A stretch of 63,957 nucleotides of DNA, filler included. It is 5 parts of 5 records of this genome, joined end to end, with 100 filler letters (N's around TTAATTAATTAA, not from the genome) between each part and the next. Parts side by side here need not be neighbours in the genome. Positions count along the whole stretch, not along the records: positions 18,235 to 44,446 come from SRR31156797_5329; positions 44,547 to 57,150 come from SRR31156797_5331; 3 more parts are not named here. The stretch is one strand, 5' to 3'. How positions within the stretch are numbered: position 1 is the first letter of the stretch; each line of letters begins with the position of its first letter. The translations under genes were made by a program, and so were the position numbers. Shown in pieces: positions 38,780 through 51,300 of the stretch. Under the pieces are notes generated by a model. The model saw only the letters and a program-made list of their open reading frames with translations, made no database searches and was not told the DNA's origin.

Positions 38780-41700
38780 ATGCATATGATTTTGATACCT
38801 GGCTATAGGATCCGCGACAAAGTCCATGAGGATGCGCAAAGTATCGTCTATCGAGGAGAGAGAGAAAAGGACGGGACCTCGGTAATCATCAAAACGGCGG
38901 CGGCGGAGTATCCCACCCTGAGAACCCTCGCCCAATTACGGCATGAATATGAAATAACCAAAGCCTTGAATATCGATGGAATTTTTAAACCCAATGCCAT
39001 TGTAAAGTATGGAAACGGCCTGGCCCTGATGTTTCGGGACGGGGGTGAACAATCTTTGATGGGTGTGCTTTCTTCGGGAAAAATGTGCCTGGAAGAATTT
39101 CTCATGATGGCCATTTCTCTCGCGGGAATTTTGGGAGATTTGCATCAAAACAATGTCATCCATAAAGATATCAATCCCCGCCATATCCTCATGGGTGCGG
39201 GGAAAAATGAGGTTCAGTTGACCGGCTTCGGTATCGCCTCCAGTTTTCCATGCGAGGAACCGAACATCACGGGTGCCCATATTATCCAAGGCGCATTGCC
39301 CTATGTGTCTCCGGAGCAGACGGGCCGAATGAACCGTTCTCTCGATTATCGCACCGATTTTTATTCGTTGGGCGTTACCTTCTATGAGGTTCTCACGGGG
39401 GAGTTGCCCTTCCGGGCTTCAGACCCTCTGGAACTGGTGCATTGTCATATGGCCAGGGAACCCGGATCTCCCCACCAATTGGACCCGGAAATTCCAAAGG
39501 TTGTTTCCCATCTGGTCATGAAGCTCATATCAAAATCCGCCGAGGACCGTTATCAGGGTGCGCTTGGCCTAAAAGGCGACCTGAATGAATGTTTGAGGCG
39601 GCTGGAGACCGGTGACAGCATCACCCCTTTTCCGATCGGTCGTTATGATATTCCCCGGACATTGAAAATTTCCCATAAGCTTTATGGCAGAGAAGGGGAA
39701 GTGGAGCGTCTGCTCAGGGCGTTTCAACAGATTGGAAAAGGGAGGACTTCCGCGGTAATGGTAGCGGGTTATGGGGGTGTGGGTAAAACCTCACTGGTCC
39801 GGGAGGTCCATAAATTAATTGCCCCGGAAGTGGGGTATTTCATCTCCGGCAAATTTGACCAGTTCCAGCGGAATATCCCTTATAACGCCCTTGTTCAGGC
39901 TTTTCAGGGGTTGGTGAAACAAATCTTGTCCGAGCCCCAATCGGAACTTGGACGGCTGAAGGGAGGACTCCTCCACGCCTTGGGTCCCAACGGGCAAATC
40001 ATTATTGATGTAATTCCCGAAGTCGAGCATGTGATCGGACCACAACCTCCGGTGCAGGAGCTGGACCCCCCGGAGTTCAAGAATCTCTTCAACCTGGTCT
40101 TTCAGAACTTTATTCAAGTATTTTGCAGAGCGCGGCATCCTTTGGTCATCTTCCTGGACGATCTTCAATGGGCCGATGGGGCCACCCTGAATCTGATCCA
40201 TGCCATCATGAGGAATGAAAAAAATCAATATCTTTTGCTTATGGGAGCCTACCGTCATAACGAAGTGGACCTCGACCATCCCTTGGCGAGCGCACTGAAG
40301 GCTTTGAGGGAGGAAAAGATTCTTACGGATGAAATCACACTCGGTTCTTTGGGTCTCGATCATCTCACGCAATTGATGGCGGATGCCCTTCTTCGAGATG
40401 TGGAATCCGTGGCGCCCCTTGCCGCCCTGGTGGAACGGAAAACCGGCGGCAATCCGTTTTTTCTGGAGCAGTTTTTGCGGTTAATGCATGAGAAGGGGCT
40501 GTTTCAATTCGATGTGGACCTCGGGGGCTGGCATTGGAAAATGGAGGGGATCCGGGAAGCCGCCATGACGGACAATGTTATTGATCTCATGGCGGAGAAG
40601 ATCCGGGAATTACCAGGCGAAACCCGTGAGGTGTTAAAGCTGGCCGCCTGTATCGGGAGTCCCTTTGATCTGGAAACGCTGACAATTGTTCATGAAGCGC
40701 CGGCCCATAAAACCGCCCATGATTTGAGGAAGGCGGTACAGGAAGGCTTAATCCTGCCCGTTTCAGATGCCGGTTTCCCGATCCCCCGTTCAAAAGGCGC
40801 CTTTTCCGTGTCCGACCCGGAAAGTCAGGCCTCAAACCCCAAGTTCAGGTTTTTGCATGATCGCGTTCAGCAAGCGGCCCATCTTCTGATCCGGGAAAAA
40901 CGGAAGAAAGAGGTGGCCCTGAAGATCGGGCGTCTGATGTTGAAAGGATTCCATGGCAGTGAAATCCATGAGAATGTTTTTGATATCCTGAACCATATGA
41001 ATGTTGCAAAGGATTTGATCACAACCAGGGCGGAAAAGGACGGTTTGGCGAAATTGAACCTCATGGGGGGGATGAAGGCAAAGACGTCGGCCGCCTATGG
41101 GTCGGCCTTGGAATATCTGGTCGCGGGAATGGGCCTGATGGAAGAAAATTGTTGGCGCAATCAGTATGATCTGACCTTCAACCTTCACAGGGAGTGTGCG
41201 GAACTGGAATATCTTACCGGCAATTTTGAGCAGGCCGAGAAATTGATCGATCTGACCCTGGCCCATGCCAGATTCCCGGTTGAAAAGGCCGACCTCTACA
41301 GCTTGCTGATCGTTCAGTATTCCATGACGGCAAGATTCGGGGCGGCCTATGGGGTGGGCCGGAAGGCATTGCGCATTCTGGGCATGGAATTGCCGGAAAT
41401 TGAGCAGGTGGATATCGGGGAGATTTTGGATGAACAGTTGGCCAGGGTAAAAGAAACCATGGGAAATAGAATGATTTCTTCCCTGATCAATGGACCCGAA
41501 TTGGCCGTTCCCGAAAAAAAAATGGCCGTAAGGCTTCTAACCAACATGCTCCCCCTTTCCTATTTTCTGGATCTGAAGCTGTTTGGTCTCCTCACCGCAA
41601 AATTGGTTTGCGTCTTGTTGCAATACGGCCATGTTCCCGTGTCGTCATATGTCTTTGCTTGCTATGGACGTCTCCTTATTTCCCGGGGAGAGTATGCCTC

Positions 41701-44446
41701 GGGCTATGAGTTCGGCCTTCTGGGCATGCGCCTGAGTGAACGATACAACGATCTGGCCCAGAAATGCCGATGTTATAACACCTTTGCCAATTACGTACAC
41801 CCGTGGGGAAAACATATGAGGGAGGCTGATTCCTTTAACAAGGAAGGATATCGGGCAGGCCTTCAATCGGGGGAGTTCCAGTTTGCCGGATACTGTTTGT
41901 GCAATACCCTTTTTAATCTGTTTTACCAGGGGATCCATCTGGAAACGATTCTGACGTTATGTTTAAAATATCGCCAATTCGTCCGGAAAACACGCAATCG
42001 GATGGCCGAGGGCGTGATTGATACGGTCCATTGGGTTCTGGTCAACCTAATCGGTCGAGGGGAAGGAGACTTTGATGTTTTTCGTGAGAAGTTAAAAGAG
42101 AAGGTGCCATTCAGGAAAAGCCTGCAATCAAAGGATCTTGTTTTGGTTTCATGCCACTATCAGGTATACCGGGCCGAGATTCAATATCTTTGCGGTAACC
42201 CGGATCATGCCCTTGAATCCATCCTGGAGGCAAGGACATGGCTGGCCCATGTGGTGGGAAGTGTCCTTTACGCAAAGCACAATTTTGTATACTCCTTGAT
42301 CCTTGCCGATCTCTATCCCGGCGCTTCCGAAGAGAGGAAACGTCAATATCTGAGGCGGATTGAAGCCAACCAGGAACAATTGAAAGTCTGGGCGGACAAC
42401 TGCGAGGCAAATTTCTTGCATAAATATCTTCTTGTGGCCGGGGAGTTGGGGCGTATTACCGGAAAAAACCAAGAAGCGAAAGCCTGTTACCACGAAGCCG
42501 GCCGTTTGGCGAAACAGAACGAATATGTCCAGGATGAAGCGCTGGCCAATGAACTGGCGGCCAAGTTTTTTCTTGGGGGGAAAGAGAAGGGGTTGGCGGC
42601 ACCCTATTTGAAAAAGGCCCACTACGGGTACGGAATTTGGGGCGCCATGAGAAAGGTTGAAAACCTGGAGATGGCCCATCATCACTTTTTTATGAAGAAA
42701 ACCGTTGACGGTAATCGATGCATGGTCGATTCCACCCATTCGGAAGGGCTGGATCTGTCCACGATGATGAAGGCTTCCCGGGCCATTTCAGGCGAAATTG
42801 TCCTGGATCGTCTACTGGCCAAGTTAACCAAAATATTGATTGAAAACGCGGGGGCTCAAAAAGGGTTTTTTATCCTGGAGTCCCACGGGAGGCTCCTGAT
42901 CGAGGCGGAGGGAGATATTGACAGGGCCGAAGTCCGGATTTTACAGTCCGTTTCCGTTGAAAAGAGCGAAAATATTTCTCCCGCAATTATCCAATATGTG
43001 GCAAGAACCCGTGAATATGTGGTGTTGAACGATGCCGGCCGGGAAGGTATGTTTAAAAGCGATCCCCATGTCCAATCCCGCCATGTGAAGTCCGTGGTCT
43101 GTGGCCCCATCCTTCACAAGTCCAGATTGATCGGTATGTTTTACCTGGAAAATGCGCTGATATCAGGCGCCTTTACCCCTGACCGGTTGGAGGTGCTTAA
43201 ACTCCTTGCCTCTCAGATCGCCATTTCCATGGAAAACGCCATGCTTTATTCGAACCTGGAGTCCCAGGCGCGTAAAACCAAGGCTGCCAATGCAAAGCTT
43301 GAGCGGGAAATTCGGGAGAAAAAAAGGGCCGAGGAAAAATACCGGGGTATTTTCGAAAATGCCGTTGAAGGGATTTTTCAGGCCGGCCCAAGGGGATTGT
43401 TTGTAAACGCCAACCCGGCCCTGGCCCGGATTTTGGGCTTTGAATCTCCCGATGAACTGATCCTAAAGATAAATGATATGGGGCACCCACTCTACGTTGA
43501 TCCTGTGCAGCGGGAAAAATTGCTTCAATTGATGCGGAATCGCAAGACCATCTCCGGGCATGAGGTTCAATTGCGTCGAAAGGATGGGAGCAGCATATGG
43601 GCCTCTCTCCATGCGCGACCCGTTTTCGATGAGAATGATCAACTTCTGTTGATCGAAGGCATCCTGACGGATATCTCCCGGCGAAAGGCGGAGGCGGAAG
43701 CGTTGCGTGAAAGGGAGGAATCCTTGCGCCGGGAAAACATACGCCTGCGATCGGATATCGGGGACCGCTACAAGTTCGGGAACATCGTGGGCAAGAGTCC
43801 GGGCATGCAAAGGGTCTACGGGCTGGTTTTAAAGGCTGCCGCCAATGATGCAAATATCATCATCTATGGGGAATCGGGTACCGGAAAGGAGCTTGTTGCC
43901 AAGGCCATCCATCGTTTAAGCGGCCGCAAGGGGAAAAAATTTGTTTCCGTGAACTGCGGGGCGATCCCCGAAAATTTGCTTGAAAGTGAATTTTTTGGCT
44001 ATAAAAAGGGTGCCTTTACAGGGGCTTATGCTGCCAAGGAAGGTTTTTTTGATCTGGCCCATGGCGGGACCCTGTTCCTGGATGAATTGGGGGAAATAAA
44101 TCTGAACCTGCAGGTCAAACTATTGCGGGCCATTGAAGGGGGCGGCTATACACCGGTTGGGGGGAATGAAGTGAAGCGGCCCGATTTTCGCCTGATTGCC
44201 GCCACCCATCGGGATTTGCAGGAACAGGTAAAGCAAGGGTTGATGCGCGAGGATTTTTTTTATAGAATTCATATCATTCCCATCCTTATCCCCCCCCTAA
44301 GAGATCGGAAGGAGGATCTTTCTCTCCTGGTGGAACATTTCCTGAAAGAATACGGCAAAGACGGGGATGTGCCGAATCTTTCGGGAAATGACATGGAAGC
44401 CATGTTGGACCATGATTGGCCCGGCAATGTCAGGGAGCTTCAAAAC
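38780..44446 (+). CDS. Multidomain Ser/Thr kinase-like / NTPase / GAF / PAS / sigma54 activator, 3' partial
   Basis: HKDINP, YVSPEQTGRMNR, DFYSLG (kinase). GYGGVGKT, FLDDLQWAD, GGNPFF, FLHDRVQQAA (NTPase). GAF, PAS (YRGIFENAVEGIF), then GESGTGKE, GAFTGA, LFLDE, WPGNVRELQN (bEBP AAA+). HTH lost at contig end. Confidence 0.92.
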
Positions 44447-44546
44447 NNNNNNNNNNNNNNNNNNNNNNNNNNNNNNNNNNNNNNNNNNNNTTAATTAATT
44501 AANNNNNNNNNNNNNNNNNNNNNNNNNNNNNNNNNNNNNNNNNNNN
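44447..44546. other. Artificial contig spacer
   Basis: 44 N + TTAATTAATTAA + 44 N. Confidence 0.98.
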
Positions 44547-44559
44547 TTTTAACAAATCC

Positions 44560-47214
44560 TTATCTTAATGACATTGATTCGGCGACCTGACTTCCTAATG
44601 AAACCCATTCATTGTTATTCCAATATTCCAATTCGTAATGATCGCCTATTTCAATGCAGTTACCATCATTCCGTGGGATAAAACGGATATCACTTATAAT
44701 AGATGGTTTGTCTAACTTTAATCCTACCCAACTATTACTGGCAGTTGGCCCATCGTAAAAGGTCAGAATATCATTGTCAAAAGCTTTTTCAATAGTGTTC
44801 CCTAAGTTTTTAAAACTACCGGGCGTTCCAATTGGTGTACCTGATATTTTCTCATCGTTCTCATCTTTAAATGAAAGTTCGCATAACGTGGAATGGCATC
44901 CTTCAGCCCCAATATACCTGACATACTTAAACTCTTTATTGCAATTAACAGGGATATTGTAAAAAACAGGTTCTGTGTCACCCTTATAGGTATAAAGAGT
45001 AACAGCGTCTGAGAAATCAGGTTTATTAGCTCCCTGAAAACGACCATTATTCATCCGATTATTAGACCAAAATCCTCCCCATAAAAACTTACGCTTTAAT
45101 ACTATAGTCTCAAGTACATCCATATCTGGCTTAATGGTCTGAACAGTACTGTCTTTATGAAGAACAAAGGGGTAACTTACCGCTTTCATTGTTTTATCCT
45201 TGCTATAATAAACTGGTAAATACAATACATCTAATCCCAAATTCTTAAACTGACAAGTTTTATTTGCTACTTCTCCCCATCCTACAGGTTGCCATTCCCT
45301 ATTATTCACACATACATAAACATGATCAAACTCATTCTTTGCAGATTGGTACAAATCAATAGTTACATCACTTGTTGGTATATAATCTGAAGTAATATCA
45401 ATAATATGCGCATCATTTAGAGGTGAAGGTATCCATTCGTTATCTTTCCGAGTGGCCATCGGACTCTGTGGATTTACAGAGAATCTCTTCCTAAGTACTT
45501 TTGAAACCGGCAAATTAAAAAGTCCCACACCGGGGGTTAGAGTAACCTGACAATAAATAGATTGGTTATTTTGATCGATGATTGAATTAAATTCATGACC
45601 TATGGTTGAAAATGCACATAGTGGCATATTATCAACTGCGGTAGGAATACCTAAAGAGCGTAATATAGATGCAAAGTATTGTGTTTCTTCATGGCACCCC
45701 CCAATTTTGGTTTTAAGAATATCCATGGTGGTAACATGAGGTAACGAAATGTTTAAGTGCTGCCAGTTAAAATCCAGCTCCGGAGCAATTCTCCGTGTTG
45801 CCGCCAACACCGAATGCTGAGGGACATGAATGTTTTTATCAAATCGGGAGCAAGTATCTGTAATCAAAAATTGCCAGTGTTGATTTACTGCCCCTTCATA
45901 TGTATTTAAAAACACACTGTTATTAGATAAAGAAGCTTCGATACATTTTCCAGTATTTTTATTCATTATTTTATATTGGTTTTCCCCTACCGGAATAATG
46001 GCCCATAACTGTTTTGGTAAATAGTTATACGGATTACACCCGATATACATATGACTATTTTCTAAAATTTGTGCATCCAAACAATTAGCTTTTTCAGAAG
46101 TATTGTTTTCTGGCTGAAGTACAAAAAAGCCATAATCTGCATTCTGGATATGAAAACCTCGAGGATTACTATCCATTTCATTCTTCTTATCAACACAGAT
46201 AGTTTTATCTACACGCTCATTAACTTCAAGGTACTTGTTTGACGCAACATTTTTTATAGCATAGGAAGCTCCATCTTTTATTTTAAAATTCTCAAAATCG
46301 TAATAATATTTTTCATAGGGTATTATTTCTATATAGTCGATTGCCATCACATCATCAACAGCATAAAACTCAATAGTATTAACTCCTTTTTTTAGATCAA
46401 TTTGAACTTTTAATGGATGGATGGGATTCGTCTGTAAATTATCTAAAGGCTGTAAATTTAAAACCTGACTATTATGTTTGTTCACGACCATTAAAACTTT
46501 GTTCCAATGATCTGTATTAGAGTAATGAAAAACTAATGTTTTGCGTCCGGCATTGGCACTTATAACAGAATCGAACATTAGTGCAGTAGTGTTGGGTTTT
46601 AACTTTACAAACTGTTGCCCTTCTTTATTGCCCGAAATAATTTGAGCATGTTGCGGATTTTGGTTTACCGCATAATATTTTTCTCCAGCTTCGAAATAAA
46701 TACTATTAAGCAAAGGGGAATAAATATCATGATACTGGCTATAGAAATCTGAAATTCCTTCTTTCCCATACTTATACGGAAGAATATATTCACAAAAATT
46801 ATTAAAACTCACCTCTTTATTCCATGGGGCATTTTTCCAGGTATCAAAGGCTATATCAATATGCCCAATCAGAAAATCAGCCGTTACTACATCCTTGTCG
46901 GACATAACATGAAGAGAAGATATCAACCAATTGGCATTCTTTTGTAATAGCATGTTATCTCTGCTTAATTTTGGAACCTTAGCCAGATCTCCATAGATCT
47001 TACTCATATCGGCATACGCATCTCCACAATAAGAATAATTGTATTCGAGATTATCAATTAAAAACTGGGCAGCTTTCAATTTCTCAGGATTAGGGTCTTC
47101 CTGCTTGTAATGTATTAAAACCTTATTAAATGGCTTATTCGTTATTCCAAAATAATAGTACAGCGATACTCCTAGTATAATAGTAACAAGAATTAAAATG
47201 GTAGTTCTTTTCAT
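44560..47214 (-). CDS. Membrane-anchored transglutaminase-like protein with CBM-like, ricin-B lectin and C-terminal discoidin-like domains
   Basis: N-terminal TM, KLKAAQFLIDN, FCEYILPYK, beta-sandwich (LKKGVNTI...IDYIEI), ricin-type repeats (YAIKNVASNKYL, KQLW, YKIMNKNTGKCI, NQHW), GGC...LRSLGIP...GHEFN, AFDNDILTF, IRFIPRNDGN. Confidence 0.7.
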   Translation of the reverse strand: MKRTTILILVTIILGVSLYYYFGITNKPFNKVLIHYKQEDPNPEKLKAAQFLIDNLEYNYSYCGDAYADMSKIYGDLAKVPKLSRDNMLLQKNANWLISSLHVMSDKDVVTADFLIGHIDIAFDTWKNAPWNKEVSFNNFCEYILPYKYGKEGISDFYSQYHDIYSPLLNSIYFEAGEKYYAVNQNPQHAQIISGNKEGQQFVKLKPNTTALMFDSVISANAGRKTLVFHYSNTDHWNKVLMVVNKHNSQVLNLQPLDNLQTNPIHPLKVQIDLKKGVNTIEFYAVDDVMAIDYIEIIPYEKYYYDFENFKIKDGASYAIKNVASNKYLEVNERVDKTICVDKKNEMDSNPRGFHIQNADYGFFVLQPENNTSEKANCLDAQILENSHMYIGCNPYNYLPKQLWAIIPVGENQYKIMNKNTGKCIEASLSNNSVFLNTYEGAVNQHWQFLITDTCSRFDKNIHVPQHSVLAATRRIAPELDFNWQHLNISLPHVTTMDILKTKIGGCHEETQYFASILRSLGIPTAVDNMPLCAFSTIGHEFNSIIDQNNQSIYCQVTLTPGVGLFNLPVSKVLRKRFSVNPQSPMATRKDNEWIPSPLNDAHIIDITSDYIPTSDVTIDLYQSAKNEFDHVYVCVNNREWQPVGWGEVANKTCQFKNLGLDVLYLPVYYSKDKTMKAVSYPFVLHKDSTVQTIKPDMDVLETIVLKRKFLWGGFWSNNRMNNGRFQGANKPDFSDAVTLYTYKGDTEPVFYNIPVNCNKEFKYVRYIGAEGCHSTLCELSFKDENDEKISGTPIGTPGSFKNLGNTIEKAFDNDILTFYDGPTASNSWVGLKLDKPSIISDIRFIPRNDGNCIEIGDHYELEYWNNNEWVSLGSQVAESMSLR

Positions 47215-47265
47215 AGTGATATTTTGCCTGGTGTTTTATAAAGCTATTTTTATTTAATCAATTGT

Positions 47266-48372
47266 TTAATTAAGGTGCATACATAGTCTTCCCCACATAT
47301 TTTGATCATGCTCCTGATCATTCCATAATACAGCGCGGGCTTTACCTATTATATGATCTTCCGGAACAAATCCCCAAGTTCTGGAATCCAAAGAACCATT
47401 TCGGTTATCACCCATCATAAAATAATAGTTTTGCTGTATCACATAACAACCAGCTGATTTTCCATTAATATATATTTCATCATCCTTAACGCTTAATGTA
47501 TTTCCTTCATAAACCGAAATTAACCTATCGTAAACGGTAATGTTTTTCGCAGAAATCTCAATCGTATCACCCTTTGATGGAATATATAGGGGGCCGTATT
47601 CATCTTCATGCCAACTCAAATTTTCCACCCTCAACCTGGGAAATACATCTTCAGGATACCACTCAAAAGGATGATATTGTATTTTTAACATTTCATTCTG
47701 CAACATCAATCCCTGTGCTTTTTGTTTTGTAGCCAGGAAATGATAAACACTATCAGTTTCTGATATACTCCAATAACTTTTGATATTATTACTCATCAAA
47801 AATGAAGGGATTAATTGAGATGGTCCATGAATAAGATACCGAAATTTAAAATCGGACTTTGGCTCTATATGCTCCTGATTACAATACACATTACCATCTT
47901 TAATACGAAGAGTATCTCCCGGTAGTCCAATACACCTTTTAATATATGCTATTCTGTTTTGAACAGGCAAATAACAGGTTTTGCTTTCCTTATTAAAAAA
48001 GGATTCATTATTGTTGAATTCCCAACTATTCTTTAACAAGTAATAATTCTGGGTTGGATCATCTACAAAAACCGTATCTCCCAAAGGAAAGTTAAAAACA
48101 ATGATGTCATTTCGTTTAATGTTTCCATAACCCCATAGCCTTTTTATACCATCTTTTGTTATCCAACGATCTCCATATACTAATTTATCCACCAAAATAT
48201 AATCACCTGTTTCAATAGTTTCTTCCATCGAATCGGAAGGGATATAATAAACCCCAAAAACCATGGTACGCATAATGAAAAAAACAGCATATCCTAAAAC
48301 ACCAACAAATGCTATTTTATAAAGCACTTTAATGGTCTTTTTGAAGATTCCGGATTTCCAATATATCTTCAT
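47266..48372 (-). CDS. lepB: Signal peptidase I
   Basis: IPSDSME (catalytic Ser), YIKRCIGLPGD (catalytic Lys), GDNRNGSLDSRTWGFVP. ATG 48372 directly after the acrB stop. Confidence 0.92.
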   Translation of the reverse strand: MKIYWKSGIFKKTIKVLYKIAFVGVLGYAVFFIMRTMVFGVYYIPSDSMEETIETGDYILVDKLVYGDRWITKDGIKRLWGYGNIKRNDIIVFNFPLGDTVFVDDPTQNYYLLKNSWEFNNNESFFNKESKTCYLPVQNRIAYIKRCIGLPGDTLRIKDGNVYCNQEHIEPKSDFKFRYLIHGPSQLIPSFLMSNNIKSYWSISETDSVYHFLATKQKAQGLMLQNEMLKIQYHPFEWYPEDVFPRLRVENLSWHEDEYGPLYIPSKGDTIEISAKNITVYDRLISVYEGNTLSVKDDEIYINGKSAGCYVIQQNYYFMMGDNRNGSLDSRTWGFVPEDHIIGKARAVLWNDQEHDQNMWGRLCMHLN

Positions 48373-48373
48373 T

Positions 48374-51300
48374 TTAAGCACTAAATTTTGATTTATATAA
48401 ATAATAATAGCATAATGGAACAAAATACAGACTCACTAAAGTACCTAGTATCATACCTCCGATTACAGTGAGTGCAAGCGGGCGTTGAAGTTCACTTCCC
48501 ATATCGCTTCCCCATAAAAAAGGAACCAAAGCCAAAATGGTCGTTAAGCTTGTCATAATAATGGGTTTAATCCTTCGGTGACCCGCTTTTTCTATCGCTT
48601 TAAAAATCGGGATACCATCCTTCCGAAGGCGATTAATGGTATCTATTTTAAGAATGGAATCATTGATGATAATTCCGCACATCACTACAATACCAATCAT
48701 CGACATGAGGTTGATTGAACCTCCGAATATCCACAGCATTAAAAATGCACCTGCGATATCAATGGGTACTTCGAGCAGTACAATTAGAGGCTGAAGAAAC
48801 GATTCGAACTGGGCAGCTAAAATAAAATATAGCAATAACAAAGAAATCAACAATACGATGGCTAACTCCTGAATTAAACTTTGCGTTACAAACCAACTCC
48901 CGGAAAAACTAACATTTACATTTGCTATCTGCTTGATTATATTTCTGATTTGAGGTATTAATTTATCCGGAGAAATGACAGAAGCGTCAAATTCAACAGG
49001 AACATACGCACCATCCTTGCCTCCATGCAATACCTTATAATCTGTTACAGGGACTAAATTTACTAATTGATTGATGGAGATTAAGTCATCGTTTTTATTC
49101 CGAACTTTCAGGCTTCGGAGCATATGCTCTATCTTCTCTTGCTGATCGGATAAAACGATAGGAACATATTGTGCTCCAGTTCTTAATATGCCTATTTGAT
49201 ATGAATTGATAGCTGTTTTTAAGGTTGTATACAAATTACCCTGATCCACTTGGTATATGGCTAATAAAGCCGGCTTTAAACGCACTTCTAAAAATGACTC
49301 CGAAGCAGTTGGCTGAAGCTCGTTAACTGCAATATTTTGGTTTAAACGATGGATGATATCGTTCATTTGAGCCAATTGTGGCACTCCATTTCGTGTATTA
49401 GAACTTATTCTTGCTTCTACATCTGCCTGTTTTGAACTAAACAGCTTTTCAAAAATGGTCCCGGGTCGTTGAAAATTAAAACTGCATTCGGGGTAATTCT
49501 GCGTTAAATAATTTTCAATTTGCGCTTGAAGCTTTTTCACAGATTTTCCTTTTTTCACTTCCAGATAGATTACCGATTCCTGCAACGATAAATCCATATC
49601 CTTATGCATTATATACTGTTGATTTCCAATAAAAGCATTGCTCATTTTCAGATTTGAATGGCACATCGCAATGATAGAATCAGCCCGATTGATATTTTCC
49701 GTAACGTTTATCCGGTTATTCCAGTCAATTCGTAACAACAATTCAGTTTGCTTAAATTGAGGGAAACGCTCTTTCTTCAGGATAAGTCCAAGTCCAACAC
49801 TCACCATCAACATCATAATGAAGGAAATAAACACGACTCCACGATATTTAAAAACCCAGTGAAATCCTTTTTCATACACTGACTCAATATCTACAAGGTT
49901 CACTTTTCCCAGCCACTTGCTCACTTTTCCGTTATCTATCCCCTTTTTATTACGAAGCCAAAACAAGCGGTACAAAGTAGGAAGCAAAGTAATAGAAACA
50001 ATTAACGACACAACTAAACCTACAGTAACGGCCATGGCCTGATCGTAGAATAATGCACCCGAGATTCCGCTTAAAAATATCAAGGGTAAAAATACAGCAC
50101 AGGTTGTTAACACTGAACTAATCAATGGCCGTATCACTTCATTTGTACCTTTAATACAAGCCTTTGGTAAGGATTCCCCGTTTGACAGATACTGTGAAAT
50201 ATTATCGATCACAATAATAGAATTGTCGATCATCATACCTACACCCAATATCAATCCCGACAAGGAAATAATATTAATAGACAACCCTATCAAATGAAAA
50301 AACAACACACTGATGACCAATGAAACAGGAATGCTCAAACCTATCAACCAGGGCGATCGGGCATCCTTTAAAAAGAAAAACATGATGAGAAATGCCAATA
50401 ATGCTCCCACGATCAAGCTGGTTTTTAAATTAGATATGGCATACTGCAATAATCCGGTCTGGTCTCTGACGATCTCAAACTTTACATCCTTAAAATCATT
50501 TTCAAAGGTATGAATCAAAGCCTCAACATTAGATTTCAGGTCTTCCATACGGGCATCGGATTGCTTGATTACTGCTAAAGATAAGGCCTGTTGATTCTGG
50601 TTTAAAAAGGCTCCTTGTCGCTCCTCGGATCTCATCTTTACCTGGGCAATATCTTTTAATTGTAATATCCGATCACCCGCTTTGATATAAATATTCTCGA
50701 TATCGTTTATGGTGCGCAAGGCATTCGAAAAACGAATATTATAGCGATACTGACCATCAATTACCTGTAAAGAGCCTAATGAAATATTGTTATTGGTGAT
50801 CGCCTCTTTAATTAAATCCTGTGAAATATTCAGTGGCCGTATTTTCGCCTCATCAGGTAGGATACATAACTCAGGTTCGAGCTGCCCTGTAATATCCACC
50901 ATGGCTACTTCCGAAAGTTGCTCTATGCGTTTTACCACCACATTCTGGCATAATTCACACAATTCCATAAAACGGTTGTCATCCGCTAACGAATCCTTCA
51001 TCCATGTATTGATATAAAACACCGGTAAATCCGAAGCCGAAGCTTTTATAATTGATGGGCGGTCTAAATCTTTGGGTAGTGTCTGCATAGCCGCATCCAC
51101 CTGCTCATTCACATCAATAATAGCATAGTTAATATCTGCCCCATAATTAAAGCGCAAACGTATAATTCCCTTTCCTTCGTAGGATTCACTTGTAATATCA
51201 TCCAAATGCGGTACCTGCATCAGGTTCTGCCGCAATTGACTCACCACTCCATTCTCTATTTCACGCACGGATTTCCCCGTGTAATCCACCTGAACGGTAA

